64,000 nucleotides of DNA from Desulfuromonas sp. (GCA_002869615.1 PKUH01000106.1:6158-70157), one strand, 5' to 3'; positions 10,777 through 20,709 are shown, numbered from the stretch's first letter. Translations and numbers: made by a program. Notes: generated from the sequence alone by a model not told the origin.

Positions 10777-11175
10777 ATGGCGCATCCACTGATTGTCACT
10801 GCCGCGGTCATCCGCAAAGAGGGCCAAATCCTACTGACGCGGCGGCCGGCTGGCAAGCGCGATGCCGGCAAATGGGAGTTTCCGGGCGGTAAACTGGGCC
10901 CGAATGAATCCCCCGAGGACGGGTTGCAGCGGGAGTTGCTGGAGGAGCTGAATCTGCCGGCAAGGATCGGCAAAATCTACCAGGTTGTTCACCACATTTA
11001 TGACTGGGGCGCGGTCCTGCTTCTGTTCTATGATTGCCACCCTCTTTCCGACAAAATTGAAAACCGGGACGTCGCAGAACATCGCTTCGTATTGCTGGAC
11101 AAACTTGCCGAATACGACATCCTTGAAGCAGACTGGCCTGTTATCAACCAACTCATCGCCGATAAACATTCCTGA
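10777..11175 (+). CDS. NUDIX hydrolase (MutT / (d)CTP pyrophosphatase-like)
   Basis: Nudix box GGKLGPNESPEDGLQRELLEELNL. The ATG at 10777 is preceded by AAAGGAG, so the ORF-track start at 10708 is probably too far upstream. Confidence 0.88.
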   Translation: MAHPLIVTAAVIRKEGQILLTRRPAGKRDAGKWEFPGGKLGPNESPEDGLQRELLEELNLPARIGKIYQVVHHIYDWGAVLLLFYDCHPLSDKIENRDVAEHRFVLLDKLAEYDILEADWPVINQLIADKHS

Positions 11176-11434
11176 TCCGGATAAAATGTCTTCATATTTA
11201 TAAAACACCAGTCTAACAAAACATTAAAAACCGTAAAAACTGTCGTGTTGAGTCATAAAATAAACCAATCTGTTGTATCCTTAATTTATCATTAAGAAAT
11301 CAATAATCACTGAATTTCTTTTTATTTACGTTTATTTCAAGTTTATAAAAACAAATATTAAAATAACATTGACAATAATAAAACAGTGTATTATTTTCAT
11401 CACTACATCAGTTCTTGTATGCAATGTTTTTATT

Positions 11435-12229
11435 ATGCCGGAAACGGCTTGCCCCCCAAATGAGTGGATTTTGCCATCTCGGAACAAGGGCTCCTATTCT
11501 ATTCAATCTGTCGAGAACGCCCTGGATGTCCTCGAAGCCCTCTGTGAAGAGGATGACGAAGTACGCATTTCCCGCCTGAGCGAAAAGCTCAAGATGAACA
11601 AAACAAGTGTATTCAGACTCCTCGCCACGTTTGAAAGCAGAGGCTACGTCGAAAGAAAGAAGGATTCCGGTAAATACCGACTCGGACTTTCGGCTTATGA
11701 AATCGGCCAAAAGCTGATTTCAAGAATGGGCCTGATCAAACACGCTCATCCGGTTATGGAACGCCTAGCCCGCAAGTTTGATGAAGCTGTCTATATTGCC
11801 GTTCCGCGCGGCGATGAAATTCTTTTTCTCGACATGGTCGACACATCTCAACAGGTCAAGATTGTTCCCCTTATCGGCAAGCGATTCCCCCAGCCAACCA
11901 CGGCACCGGGCCAGGTCATTATGGCTAACCGGCCGATGGCAGCACCGGCCGAGGCAACTCCCGAAATGAAATCCCGGCTCAACCGGATCAACCAGAATGG
12001 CTATGCCTGTGAAACCGGCGGCCTCGGTGACGGCATCTGCTGTCTTGCAGTCCCCCTTTTTGCAACTGACGGGGAATTAAGTGGCTGCCTCTGCCTGGTC
12101 GGTCCTGATTTCAGAATAACATCGGAAAAAATCGAAGCGGAACTTTTGCCAAATCTCAGAGAAACCGGAAACATTATTTCCTCAAAGCTCGGCTTTCATA
12201 GTTCCTACATAACCCGACGAATCAGCTGA
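11435..12229 (+). CDS. IclR-family transcriptional regulator
   Basis: N-terminal wHTH (RISRLSEKLKMNKTSVFRLLATFESRGYV) plus an IclR effector domain. The start is uncertain between 11369 (TTG) and 11435 (ATG). An A/T-rich promoter region lies upstream. Confidence 0.85.
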   Translation: MPETACPPNEWILPSRNKGSYSIQSVENALDVLEALCEEDDEVRISRLSEKLKMNKTSVFRLLATFESRGYVERKKDSGKYRLGLSAYEIGQKLISRMGLIKHAHPVMERLARKFDEAVYIAVPRGDEILFLDMVDTSQQVKIVPLIGKRFPQPTTAPGQVIMANRPMAAPAEATPEMKSRLNRINQNGYACETGGLGDGICCLAVPLFATDGELSGCLCLVGPDFRITSEKIEAELLPNLRETGNIISSKLGFHSSYITRRIS

Positions 12230-12603
12230 CTACTCGCTGTTGACAAATGATGACAAAGAGGGTGATGATCGCTGACATGCACAGCGCAGGGGACAGTTTG
12301 TTCAGATGATTTCCGAAGATGCAATGAACTCGGTTTTTGTTTTGACAACCGGCTTTATCACCTGTGAGGTCTTTACGTTCAGGGACACTAAATGGCAAGA
12401 AGAACAATATTCGACTTCTTTTGGCTGTGTAGCCCCCATTGGCCTGCCTGACAGTTTCTGCCCAACTAAATCCTGCAGATCTGGAGCTGAACCGGAGCAG
12501 TCACGACCAGAGCCAACAGATAGATATTTACTGAAAATCAAATAGATGATATTGTGCGATATCAAGAATTTTGCACTTTAGCGCCGACTTAGAATAAATC
12601 AAA

Positions 12604-14517
12604 ATGGGCCTGATCAGACATCTTAGAGACACCGAGCCTTTCTCAAGCCTGCCCGAAGATATTCTTCAGGAAATCACCGATTCAGTCGTTGAAAAGACCT
12701 TCCCGGCCGACTCATGGGTTTGTCGTGAAGAACAGCCGCCGACCGGCTACCTCTACATTATCAAAGAAGGTCTGGTCGAAATTTCCGTCCTGACCCCGGG
12801 TGGGGTCGATATGGTTGTCGACTATCGGGAAAATGGCGCTTTTTTCGGAGGCACTCCGGTTTTCACCGGCCAGCCTTACTCGGCCAGTGCCCGAACGGCG
12901 AGTGACACCATCTGTTATCTCGTCCCGGAAGACGTTCTGAAAAAAGCCGAAGGCAACTTTCCTCTCTTCAGTAGTTATTTCACCCGTATCGTCCTGTCAC
13001 GGGTTCGCAAACTTTACACAGATATCGTCTCCGAACATACGACCGCTTCCGTCACCCAGATGGAGGCTTTCCCTTTCAAGAAGAGACTCTCCGAAATCAT
13101 GTCAACTCCGGCAACCTCATGCCGGCCCGATGCCAGCGCCCAAAAGGTTGCCCGAGAGATGACCGAGAGCAATGAAACAGCAGTCATCGTGACCGATGAA
13201 AATGGCGATGCGCTCGGAATCATCACAGAAAATGACATTGTCCGCAAAGTTGTCGCCCCCGGCAACATCGACTGTAATTCGATTACCGCGCAACAAATAA
13301 TGACCGCACAGCCATACAGCCTGCCGCCCGGCACCTACATGTATGAGGCAATGGCCTACATGATTGGTCATAACATAAAACATCTTCCGGTCATCACCGA
13401 CGGCAAGGCCGTCGGCATGGTTTCATTGCATGAGCTGATGCGCTACCGTAGCCAGAAGGCGATGATGCTGCTTGGGACAATTCGTGAGCAGACGACAATT
13501 GACGGTCTGCGATCGACCAGGAAAGAGATCATCAAGGTTGCGCGGTCACTCTTATCGGAAACCCGCAGCACCCCGGAAGCGATGGAGATTCTTTCGTACA
13601 TTCATCACGGTATCATCCGACGCGCTTTTGAAATCTGCCTCAACCTGCAAACCAGTGAATCGGGACCAGCACCGAATATACGATACTGCTTTCTGATTAT
13701 GGGCAGCGGCGGTCGACGCGAAATGCTTTTAAACCCCGACCAGGACAACGGTTTCATCTTCGAAAACTTCCCGGACAAACAACAACCCGAGGTTGATCGG
13801 TTTTTCATCCCACTGGCTGAAAAAATTGTTAATGCCCTGAGCGCTATCGGCTATGACCTCTGTAGCGGAAAAGTCATGGCCAACAATCCTGCCTGGCGCG
13901 GTCGGGTCAGTGACTGGGAGGAGAGAATCGGACAGTGGGCATTCGATCCGGAGCCGGTCCATATCCGCAACTCCTCGATCTTTTTCGATTTTGCGCCGCT
14001 GTTCGGCGACGTTGAACTTGTTCATGACCTGCGTGAAAGCTTGAATCAGATCATTGCCGATAATCCGCAGTTGCTGTATCAGATGATGGCGCTCGACATC
14101 CGGCACAAAACTCCGATCGGATTACTCGGTCGCTTTGTCGTCGAAAAGAGTGGCCCGCACAAAAACATGCTCTCCCTCAAACTCGGCGGGACAGTCTTCC
14201 TGACCGATTGCATCAGAATGTTCGCCCTCGAGGAAGGTCTCCAGGAAATTTCGACCCTCAAGCGACTGGAGGCACTCGTCGAAAGAAACGTTTTCGCGGC
14301 TGACACGGCAGAACATCTCCGGGCGTCTTACGAAGCCCTTAACTATCTGCGTCTCAGGCACGAAATCGCCTTGCTCGAAACCGGAGAACCATCATCACAC
14401 TTCATCAACCCGAACGATCTGAGCAAAACCGAACAGGATCTGCTCAAGGAATCCTTTCATGCGGTCAGTAAATTACAGGATGCAACCAAACGCCATTTCA
14501 GCCATAGTCCATTCTGA
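12604..14517 (+). CDS. Signal-transduction protein with cNMP-binding domain, CBS pair and DUF294-type nucleotidyltransferase domains (COG2905-like)
   Basis: 637 aa. N-terminal cyclic-nucleotide-binding fold, CBS pair (..VIVTDENGDALGIITENDI.. / ..HLPVITDGKAVGMVSLHEL..), then a GlnD-like nucleotidyltransferase region (FLIMGSGGRREMLLNPDQDNG). Confidence 0.8.
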   Translation: MGLIRHLRDTEPFSSLPEDILQEITDSVVEKTFPADSWVCREEQPPTGYLYIIKEGLVEISVLTPGGVDMVVDYRENGAFFGGTPVFTGQPYSASARTASDTICYLVPEDVLKKAEGNFPLFSSYFTRIVLSRVRKLYTDIVSEHTTASVTQMEAFPFKKRLSEIMSTPATSCRPDASAQKVAREMTESNETAVIVTDENGDALGIITENDIVRKVVAPGNIDCNSITAQQIMTAQPYSLPPGTYMYEAMAYMIGHNIKHLPVITDGKAVGMVSLHELMRYRSQKAMMLLGTIREQTTIDGLRSTRKEIIKVARSLLSETRSTPEAMEILSYIHHGIIRRAFEICLNLQTSESGPAPNIRYCFLIMGSGGRREMLLNPDQDNGFIFENFPDKQQPEVDRFFIPLAEKIVNALSAIGYDLCSGKVMANNPAWRGRVSDWEERIGQWAFDPEPVHIRNSSIFFDFAPLFGDVELVHDLRESLNQIIADNPQLLYQMMALDIRHKTPIGLLGRFVVEKSGPHKNMLSLKLGGTVFLTDCIRMFALEEGLQEISTLKRLEALVERNVFAADTAEHLRASYEALNYLRLRHEIALLETGEPSSHFINPNDLSKTEQDLLKESFHAVSKLQDATKRHFSHSPF

Positions 14518-14597
14518 TTGAACAGATTTTTCCTGATTTTCAGCATCTGTTCGCGTAGACTGTCCGGGAACAGTATCATTCTATTCCGGACATAAAA

Positions 14598-15527
14598 ATG
14601 ACAGAAAGCGAACATAACGATCCAGGCTGGGTGCCACTCACCAGACTTATTCCACACCCAGAGAACCCGACTCCGGCAACCCTGCGGACCTGGAGCCTTG
14701 TCCTTGCCGCCCGCGGCATCCCATACCGAACAATCCCGGAAAGAAAACCGCATGAAATCTTAATCCCTGAACAGTACAGCGCAATCGCTGTGCATGAAAT
14801 CAGTCTTTACCGAAGAGAAAACCCCGATAACACACCCCCGGTCAAACCACTGCCGACAACAGAAAACAGGATCGCATCGATATCCATCCTGTTGCTGCTC
14901 GGCATTTTTCATAACCTGACCTATTTTCACATTTCAGGGTTTGGTTACAATCCGATCGACTGGCTCAATCTCGGCAGCGCCAACAGCAGCTTGATTTTTA
15001 CCGGAGAGTGGTGGCGGATCATCACAGCGCTAACCCTGCATGCTGACGGTCAGCACCTGATGGGAAACATCCTGATAGGTGGATATTTCGTTGTACGGCT
15101 TTGTGAGATAACCGGTTCGGGCATGGGGTGGTTCCTGATCCTCGGCTCAGGGGCTCTCGGGAATCTGCTCAATGCTTTTTTCCAGTCGGGCACACACAAT
15201 GCGGTCGGTGCGTCAACCGCCATCTTCGGGGCGATCGGAATTGCCGGCGCCATCAGCTCGACCCTTTCACCACGCCATTTGATACGTCAATGGCTGTTGC
15301 CCTTGGCCGCGGCCGCGGTGCTGCTTGGTCTCCTCGGCACCGGGACGGACAGTCGCACCGATGTTGGTGCGCACCTGTTCGGCTTTCTGGCCGGAGCGCT
15401 GCTCGGCATCGGTGCCGGGCTTTATCTGAGAAACAAGGGAAAGTTGACGGACGGGCGAAATCTGGCACTGGCCATTATCACTCCGGCAATTGTTGCAGCT
15501 GCCTGGATGCTGGCGCTACTGAATTGA
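14598..15527 (+). CDS. Rhomboid-family intramembrane serine protease
   Basis: WWRIITALTLHADGQHLMGN, catalytic serine motif GASTAIFG and catalytic histidine context HLFGFLAGALLG. It carries a cytoplasmic N-terminal extension of about 100 aa. Confidence 0.88.
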   Translation: MTESEHNDPGWVPLTRLIPHPENPTPATLRTWSLVLAARGIPYRTIPERKPHEILIPEQYSAIAVHEISLYRRENPDNTPPVKPLPTTENRIASISILLLLGIFHNLTYFHISGFGYNPIDWLNLGSANSSLIFTGEWWRIITALTLHADGQHLMGNILIGGYFVVRLCEITGSGMGWFLILGSGALGNLLNAFFQSGTHNAVGASTAIFGAIGIAGAISSTLSPRHLIRQWLLPLAAAAVLLGLLGTGTDSRTDVGAHLFGFLAGALLGIGAGLYLRNKGKLTDGRNLALAIITPAIVAAAWMLALLN

Positions 15528-15536
15528 ACCGACGGG

Positions 15537-15737
15537 TTAAAGATTTGCGAAATTCAGCCCGGTCGGAGCGATATCGTCATTCGGAAAATTTCCGGTCTCA
15601 TCGAGATACTGCTTACGCAAGCACTGATCCTGAAGCGGCCCACGACAATAGATATTGACCAGCATCGGAAAAATGGCGAGATCAAAATCACCGTGCTTTT
15701 CAAAAAATCCGCATTTTTCGTGGTTTTCACAGGTCAT
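15537..15737 (-). CDS. Small Cys-containing hypothetical protein (66 aa)
   Basis: ORF only (MTCENHEKCGFFEKHGDF...YCRGPLQDQCLRK). It has four Cys residues. I recognise no family. Confidence 0.4.
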   Translation of the reverse strand: MTCENHEKCGFFEKHGDFDLAIFPMLVNIYCRGPLQDQCLRKQYLDETGNFPNDDIAPTGLNFANL

Positions 15738-15768
15738 CGGGTGCCCCTTTCCAGATTCGCACTGAGAT

Positions 15769-15784
15769 ATTAATGTACATTAAT
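15769..15784. repeat. Perfect 16-nt palindrome ATTAATGTACATTAAT in a divergent promoter region. Candidate operator.
   Basis: Read directly from the sequence. It lies 32 nt upstream of the 66-aa ORF start (15737, minus strand). Confidence 0.5.
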
Positions 15785-16010
15785 TTCAGAAAAAATTAAA
15801 CAAAAACCTGGCAGCTACCTGACCGGCAGCATGCACGACCTTCCTTATCGATCCGGGTCGATGAATTTACTGATAGAAAAACGTCGGGGCATTTTATATA
15901 ATCAACTCGTTATCAATCACTTTAATGGGGCAAATAATCGGTTTCTGCCGCAGAATTATAAAGATATTTCGGCAGTATGATCTTCTGACAAGGTCTCGGG
16001 CAAATACAAG

Positions 16011-17009
16011 ATGAGAGCCGGCCGCAACACCACCCCCCGGAATCCGAATTTTTTTTCAATGATTATTGCAAAAAAACACGAAACAGATCGGCATCGACCT
16101 ATTGATATCAAAGCAGGTCATGCGCCAAAGACCGGACCGGGAAAATACGTTCACGGTTTCGCCATGGTGCTGTTCATGGCGGCATTGATGGCGACCGGCT
16201 GCACCCCCTCCCTGCCACAAAAAAGCAGTCAGCAGAAAGTGCTGATTCAGGACGGCAACACCATTGCTCAAGTGCAGAAGGAGCAGCCTGACAAGACAAA
16301 CGACGAAAAAACCAATAAAAACGTCGGCACAGCCACTGCAAACCCGGATGACGGATTCGGTGGATTTGCAGAGTTTGAAGACGAATTCAACGATGACGGT
16401 CGGGTTGCGGTTTATGACCCTTTTGCCGGCTACAATCGTGCCATGACAACCTTTAACGATAAATTTTACTCGTGGCTTCTCCGGCCGGTCGCGAAAGGTT
16501 ATCAATATATCATCCCGAAAATGGTCCGGGTCAGCGTCAATAATATTTTTACCAACATTTTATTTCCGCAACGTTTTATCAACAACCTACTCCAGTTCAA
16601 ACTGAAAGATGCCGGCGTTGAGACCGGCCGCTTTGCTGTCAATTCAACCATCGGCATCGGCGGCATATTCGATCCGGCCGAGAGCTGGCTTGGCCTTGAA
16701 TCCCGGGATGAAGACTTCGGGCAAACGCTCGGCAGTTGGGGCCTCGGCTCCGGACCACATCTCGTACTACCATTTTTCGGTCCGTCGAATCTGCGCGACA
16801 CGCTTGCCCTACCGGCTGACTGGCTGCTCAATCCGGTCAGCTATATCGAAAAACCGGCGCATCGATTCGGAGCCGCAGCATTGAACCAGGTCAATTATGT
16901 TTCTTTGCATCTTGGTGAATATGAAAACCTGAAAAAAGATGCTGTTGATTTTTATCCATTTATGCGCGACGTTTATGAACAAAACCGGATCAGGGAAATA
17001 GAGGATTAA
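16011..17009 (+). CDS. mlaA: MlaA/VacJ-family outer-membrane lipoprotein
   Basis: VacJ signature blocks DPFAGYNRAMTTFNDKFY, NSTIGIGGIFD and DFGQTLGSWGLGSGPHLVLPFFGPSNLRD. Lipobox-like LMATGC. The start codon is uncertain (16011, 16059 or 16164). Confidence 0.85.
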   Translation: MRAGRNTTPRNPNFFSMIIAKKHETDRHRPIDIKAGHAPKTGPGKYVHGFAMVLFMAALMATGCTPSLPQKSSQQKVLIQDGNTIAQVQKEQPDKTNDEKTNKNVGTATANPDDGFGGFAEFEDEFNDDGRVAVYDPFAGYNRAMTTFNDKFYSWLLRPVAKGYQYIIPKMVRVSVNNIFTNILFPQRFINNLLQFKLKDAGVETGRFAVNSTIGIGGIFDPAESWLGLESRDEDFGQTLGSWGLGSGPHLVLPFFGPSNLRDTLALPADWLLNPVSYIEKPAHRFGAAALNQVNYVSLHLGEYENLKKDAVDFYPFMRDVYEQNRIREIED

Positions 17010-17013
17010 TATC

Positions 17014-17619
17014 ATGCGCCTTTTAATTAGCTCATTTATTATGATTTTGATGCTGGTGACGCCCGTGGCGGCTAATGAAGCTGATGCCGTCAGAAAAATG
17101 GCCAGCGAAAGAATAAACACTGTTATTAATCACCTGAGAGACCAGGCGATCGATAAGGAGACCCGGAACAGCCTGGTCATAAAGGCGATCAAACCTCTTT
17201 TCGATTTCAGTCAGATGGCCAAACTGAGCATGGGAAAAACAAACTGGTTGCGGATGAATAAAGCGCAAAGGGCTGAGTTCAACGACCTTTTTGTCAAACG
17301 GCTCGAAGAGTCCTACCTTGAAAAGCTCGATCTTTATAACGACGAAGAGGTCATCGTTGAAGAGGCTGAATCTGTGAAAACACGGATCCATGTTCTCACC
17401 CGCCTTGTCTCGGACAGCAACAAGATCGAAATGCTTTACAAGTTTTACAAATCAAGAGGCGGTCAATGGCTGGTCTATGATGTTGAAATCATGGGTGTCA
17501 GCATCGTTCAAACATACCGCTCTCAATTTGCCGGCATCCTTGAAAACCAGTCGGTTGAAGACCTGCTGAAGAAGCTGCGTCAGGCCGGCAGCATGAAAAT
17601 CGAAACCGACAACGGCTAG
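17014..17619 (+). CDS. mlaC: MlaC/Ttg2D-family periplasmic lipid-binding protein
   Basis: 201 aa with a signal peptide. Family-like blocks ...FDFSQMAKLSMGKTNWLRMNKAQRAEF..LF and ...WLVYDVEIMGVSIVQTYRSQF. Confidence 0.75.
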   Translation: MRLLISSFIMILMLVTPVAANEADAVRKMASERINTVINHLRDQAIDKETRNSLVIKAIKPLFDFSQMAKLSMGKTNWLRMNKAQRAEFNDLFVKRLEESYLEKLDLYNDEEVIVEEAESVKTRIHVLTRLVSDSNKIEMLYKFYKSRGGQWLVYDVEIMGVSIVQTYRSQFAGILENQSVEDLLKKLRQAGSMKIETDNG

Positions 17620-17630
17620 AAATAAAATAG

Positions 17631-20129
17631 ATGCTGGAAAAATTCTACCAGGCCTACGTACTGCAACACCCGCGATCGGTTTTCGTCCTGGTCACGCTGA
17701 CCATTATATTTTTTGCATTCTTTGCGACCAGGCTGCAGATTGATGCATCCTCCGAAACCCTGCTGCTGCAGGGCGACAAAGACCTCAAGCTGACCAGGGA
17801 AATCAACAATCGCTACCAGACTCCGAGTTTTCACATCGTCACCTATTCGCCGCACAATGGCGAACTGTTGGCTGATGAGACCCTGCAGCAGATCAGGGAG
17901 CTGAAAAAGGACCTTCTTCAGCTCGACCTCATCGAATCGGTCACCACCATCCTCGATGTGCCGCTCCTCGAAAGCCCGCCCAGGCCGATCAACGAAGTGA
18001 TCAACGACATCCCGACCCTCGAATCACCCGACATTGATAAAAACCTGGCAAAAAAGGAGTTGACGACAAGTCCGATCTACAGCAACAACCTGGTCAGCCC
18101 CGACTTCAAAACCACGGCACTGCTGGCCAACCTTCGGGTTGACGATCAGTGGCAGGAATTTGTTCGTAAACGGAATGTCTTGCGCAACAAGGAAGCAGAC
18201 GGCTCGCTCACCCCGGCCGACCGGGTGAATTTGCAGCGCCTCGAAGAAGAATTCAAGAAGCATCGCGAGCAGGTTCGCGACACCGAACACCGGAATATCG
18301 TGCAGGTCCGGGACATCCTTGAAAAATATCGTGATCAGGCCGATATTTTCCTCGGTGGCGTCTCGATGATCGCCGACGATATGGTGACTTTTGTTAAAAA
18401 CGACCTGAAATATTTCGGCGCCGGGGTCCTGGTCTTTCTCGTTGTCATGCTGTGGATCATCTTTCGACAACTCCGCTGGCTCATCCTGCCGGTATTAACC
18501 TGTCTTTTTTCGGTGATCGTCACCAGCGGCTTTCTTGGCATCTTCGGCTGGGAAGTTACAGTCATTTCATCAAACTTTATTTCGATTCAGCTGATTATCA
18601 CCATGGCCGTGACGATCCACCTGATCGTGCGCTACCGCGAGCTGGCGCTCGAGCAGCCGGAAGAGGATCAAAAGCAGCTCGTGCTGCAAGCTGTCATGAG
18701 TATGGCGACCCCCTGTTTTTATGCCATCCTGACCACCATGGCCGGTTTCAGCTCACTCGTCCTCAGTGACATTCTTCCAGTCATCAACTTTGGCTGGATG
18801 ATGACAATCGGTGTTGCTGTCTCCCTGGTTCTGACCTTCCTGATCTTCCCGTCAGTCATGATGCTGATGCCGAAAGTCGACCCCGACACTTCGTTCGAGA
18901 CACGCTTCATGCTGACCAGGCATCTGGCGCAATTCACGGAGCGCCACGGCCGCAAGATCATTCTGGTCAGCTTCATCGTCGGACTGTTCTGCATCGTCGG
19001 AGCAGCGCGCCTGCAGGTCGAAAACAGCTTTATCAGCTACTTCAAGGAGAGTACGGAAATCTTCCAGGGCATGAAGGTGATCGATCAGAAACTCGGCGGA
19101 ACCACCCCCCTCGATATCGTCCTCAACTTTGATTCCGATGCTGGCACGCCGGACGAGCAAGCGCCGGCGGAGAGCGAAAATGACGAGTTTGCCGAATTCG
19201 ATGCCTTTGAAGACGAATTCGAGGCCGCCAAAGACCAGGCTCAATACTGGTTTACCGCCAAGCGAATGGCCGAGGTCGAACGGGTACACGACTATCTCGA
19301 CAGTATCCCTGAGACCGGCAAGGTCCTCTCGCTCGCGACTATGCTCAAGGTCGGCAGAAAGCTGAACGACGGCAAGCCTCTCGACAATTTCATGCTCGCC
19401 CTGATCTACAACGAACTGCCGGAGAAGTTCCGCAAGATCATCCTGAGCCCCTACGTTTCGGTTGAAGATGACCAGGTCCGCTTCGCCGTCAGGGTTCGCG
19501 ACTCACAGCCGGATCTGCGTCGTCACGAATTGATTCAGCGTATCCGCACAGGGCTGGAGAACGAGCTCGACCTGGAACCGGATCGCTTTGCCCTCGGCAG
19601 CCTGCTGATTCTCTACGACAACCTGCTGCAGAGCCTGTTCGACTCGCAGATCAAAACCCTGGGGGCCGTCATGCTGGCGCTGATGGGCATGTTCCTCCTG
19701 CTGTTCCGGTCTATCAAGATTGCCCTGATCGCCATCACCCCCAACCTGCTCTCAGTGGCAGTCGTTCTCGGATTCATGGGGTGGGTCAAGATGCCGCTCG
19801 ACCTGATGACCATCACGATTGCGGCGATCAGTGTCGGCATCGCCGTCGACGATACGATTCACTACATTCATCGGTTCAGGAAGGAATTCAGCCAGACCGG
19901 ACGGTATCTCGAGAGTATGCACCGGGCCCACAGCAGCATCGGCTTTGCCATGTACTACACCTCGGCAACCATCATTATCGGCTTTTCAATATTGATTTTG
20001 TCGAGCTTCATCCCGACCATTTATTTTGGGCTGTTAACCGGTCTGGCCATGCTCATCGCGCTGGTCGCTGCCCTGACCCTGCTGCCGCAGCTGATCATTC
20101 TCTTCAAACCATTTGGTCCTGAGAAGTAA
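17631..20129 (+). CDS. RND-superfamily / MMPL-type exporter (HpnN-like)
   Basis: 832 aa in two repeated halves. Each half has a large periplasmic loop followed by a bundle of about 5 TM helices (sterol-sensing-domain-like). Confidence 0.8.
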   Translation: MLEKFYQAYVLQHPRSVFVLVTLTIIFFAFFATRLQIDASSETLLLQGDKDLKLTREINNRYQTPSFHIVTYSPHNGELLADETLQQIRELKKDLLQLDLIESVTTILDVPLLESPPRPINEVINDIPTLESPDIDKNLAKKELTTSPIYSNNLVSPDFKTTALLANLRVDDQWQEFVRKRNVLRNKEADGSLTPADRVNLQRLEEEFKKHREQVRDTEHRNIVQVRDILEKYRDQADIFLGGVSMIADDMVTFVKNDLKYFGAGVLVFLVVMLWIIFRQLRWLILPVLTCLFSVIVTSGFLGIFGWEVTVISSNFISIQLIITMAVTIHLIVRYRELALEQPEEDQKQLVLQAVMSMATPCFYAILTTMAGFSSLVLSDILPVINFGWMMTIGVAVSLVLTFLIFPSVMMLMPKVDPDTSFETRFMLTRHLAQFTERHGRKIILVSFIVGLFCIVGAARLQVENSFISYFKESTEIFQGMKVIDQKLGGTTPLDIVLNFDSDAGTPDEQAPAESENDEFAEFDAFEDEFEAAKDQAQYWFTAKRMAEVERVHDYLDSIPETGKVLSLATMLKVGRKLNDGKPLDNFMLALIYNELPEKFRKIILSPYVSVEDDQVRFAVRVRDSQPDLRRHELIQRIRTGLENELDLEPDRFALGSLLILYDNLLQSLFDSQIKTLGAVMLALMGMFLLLFRSIKIALIAITPNLLSVAVVLGFMGWVKMPLDLMTITIAAISVGIAVDDTIHYIHRFRKEFSQTGRYLESMHRAHSSIGFAMYYTSATIIIGFSILILSSFIPTIYFGLLTGLAMLIALVAALTLLPQLIILFKPFGPEK

Positions 20130-20422
20130 ATAAAAAAAGAAAAAGGATTACTGCAAAAACCGTATTCCCCTGACCACATCAATCAATGTTGCCTGCTGCC
20201 GATCCTCGCACAGTCTTCGCACCTCAGACGACGGACCTTGCCTATTGTGGTCTCGTCGACACCGATTTTTTTTGACGGTTGGAGCCCTTATCTACATTTT
20301 TGCGTTAAATCAACTAACATAATCCCCTTTTTTATTCTGTTCGAATCGGACATCTGGCTTTATTCTGATAAGCTTGCAGCTGATCAATGTTTTTCATTTA
20401 ACATATCAGGAAGGATGGCAAC

Positions 20423-20671
20423 ATGAATATCGAACAATTGGTCATACTATTGATCGTTGGCGCTATCGCAGGTTGGTTGGCCGGAGTGCTGATGAAAAAA
20501 CGAGGGTTCGGACTGCCGGTTAATGTCATCATCGGCATCGTGGGAGCAGCCATCGGTCGTTATCTGTTTGATCTGCTCAATATCTCGATGCGAGGTTTGG
20601 TCGGAGCTATAATCACTGCGACTTGCGGAGCCGTAGTCCTGTTGTTTGCTGTCAGCCTCATAAAGAAATGA
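20423..20671 (+). CDS. GlsB/YeaQ/YmgE-family (transglycosylase-associated) small membrane stress protein
   Basis: 82 aa with IVGAIAGWLAGVLMKKRGFG....IIGIVGAAIG, typical of the family. AGGAAGGA RBS upstream. Confidence 0.85.
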   Translation: MNIEQLVILLIVGAIAGWLAGVLMKKRGFGLPVNVIIGIVGAAIGRYLFDLLNISMRGLVGAIITATCGAVVLLFAVSLIKK

Positions 20672-20709
20672 ACAAGGGCAGAGAAACCTTAAATGATGAC
20701 AAAGAAAAA

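Noticed and set aside
12302-12565. ORFs 12306-12545 (plus, 79 aa) and 12302-12565 (minus, 87 aa) in the long intergenic gap
   Set aside because: They overlap each other on opposite strands, lack RBS and motifs, and have atypical composition. I treat the region as non-coding and list it as a low-interest finding.
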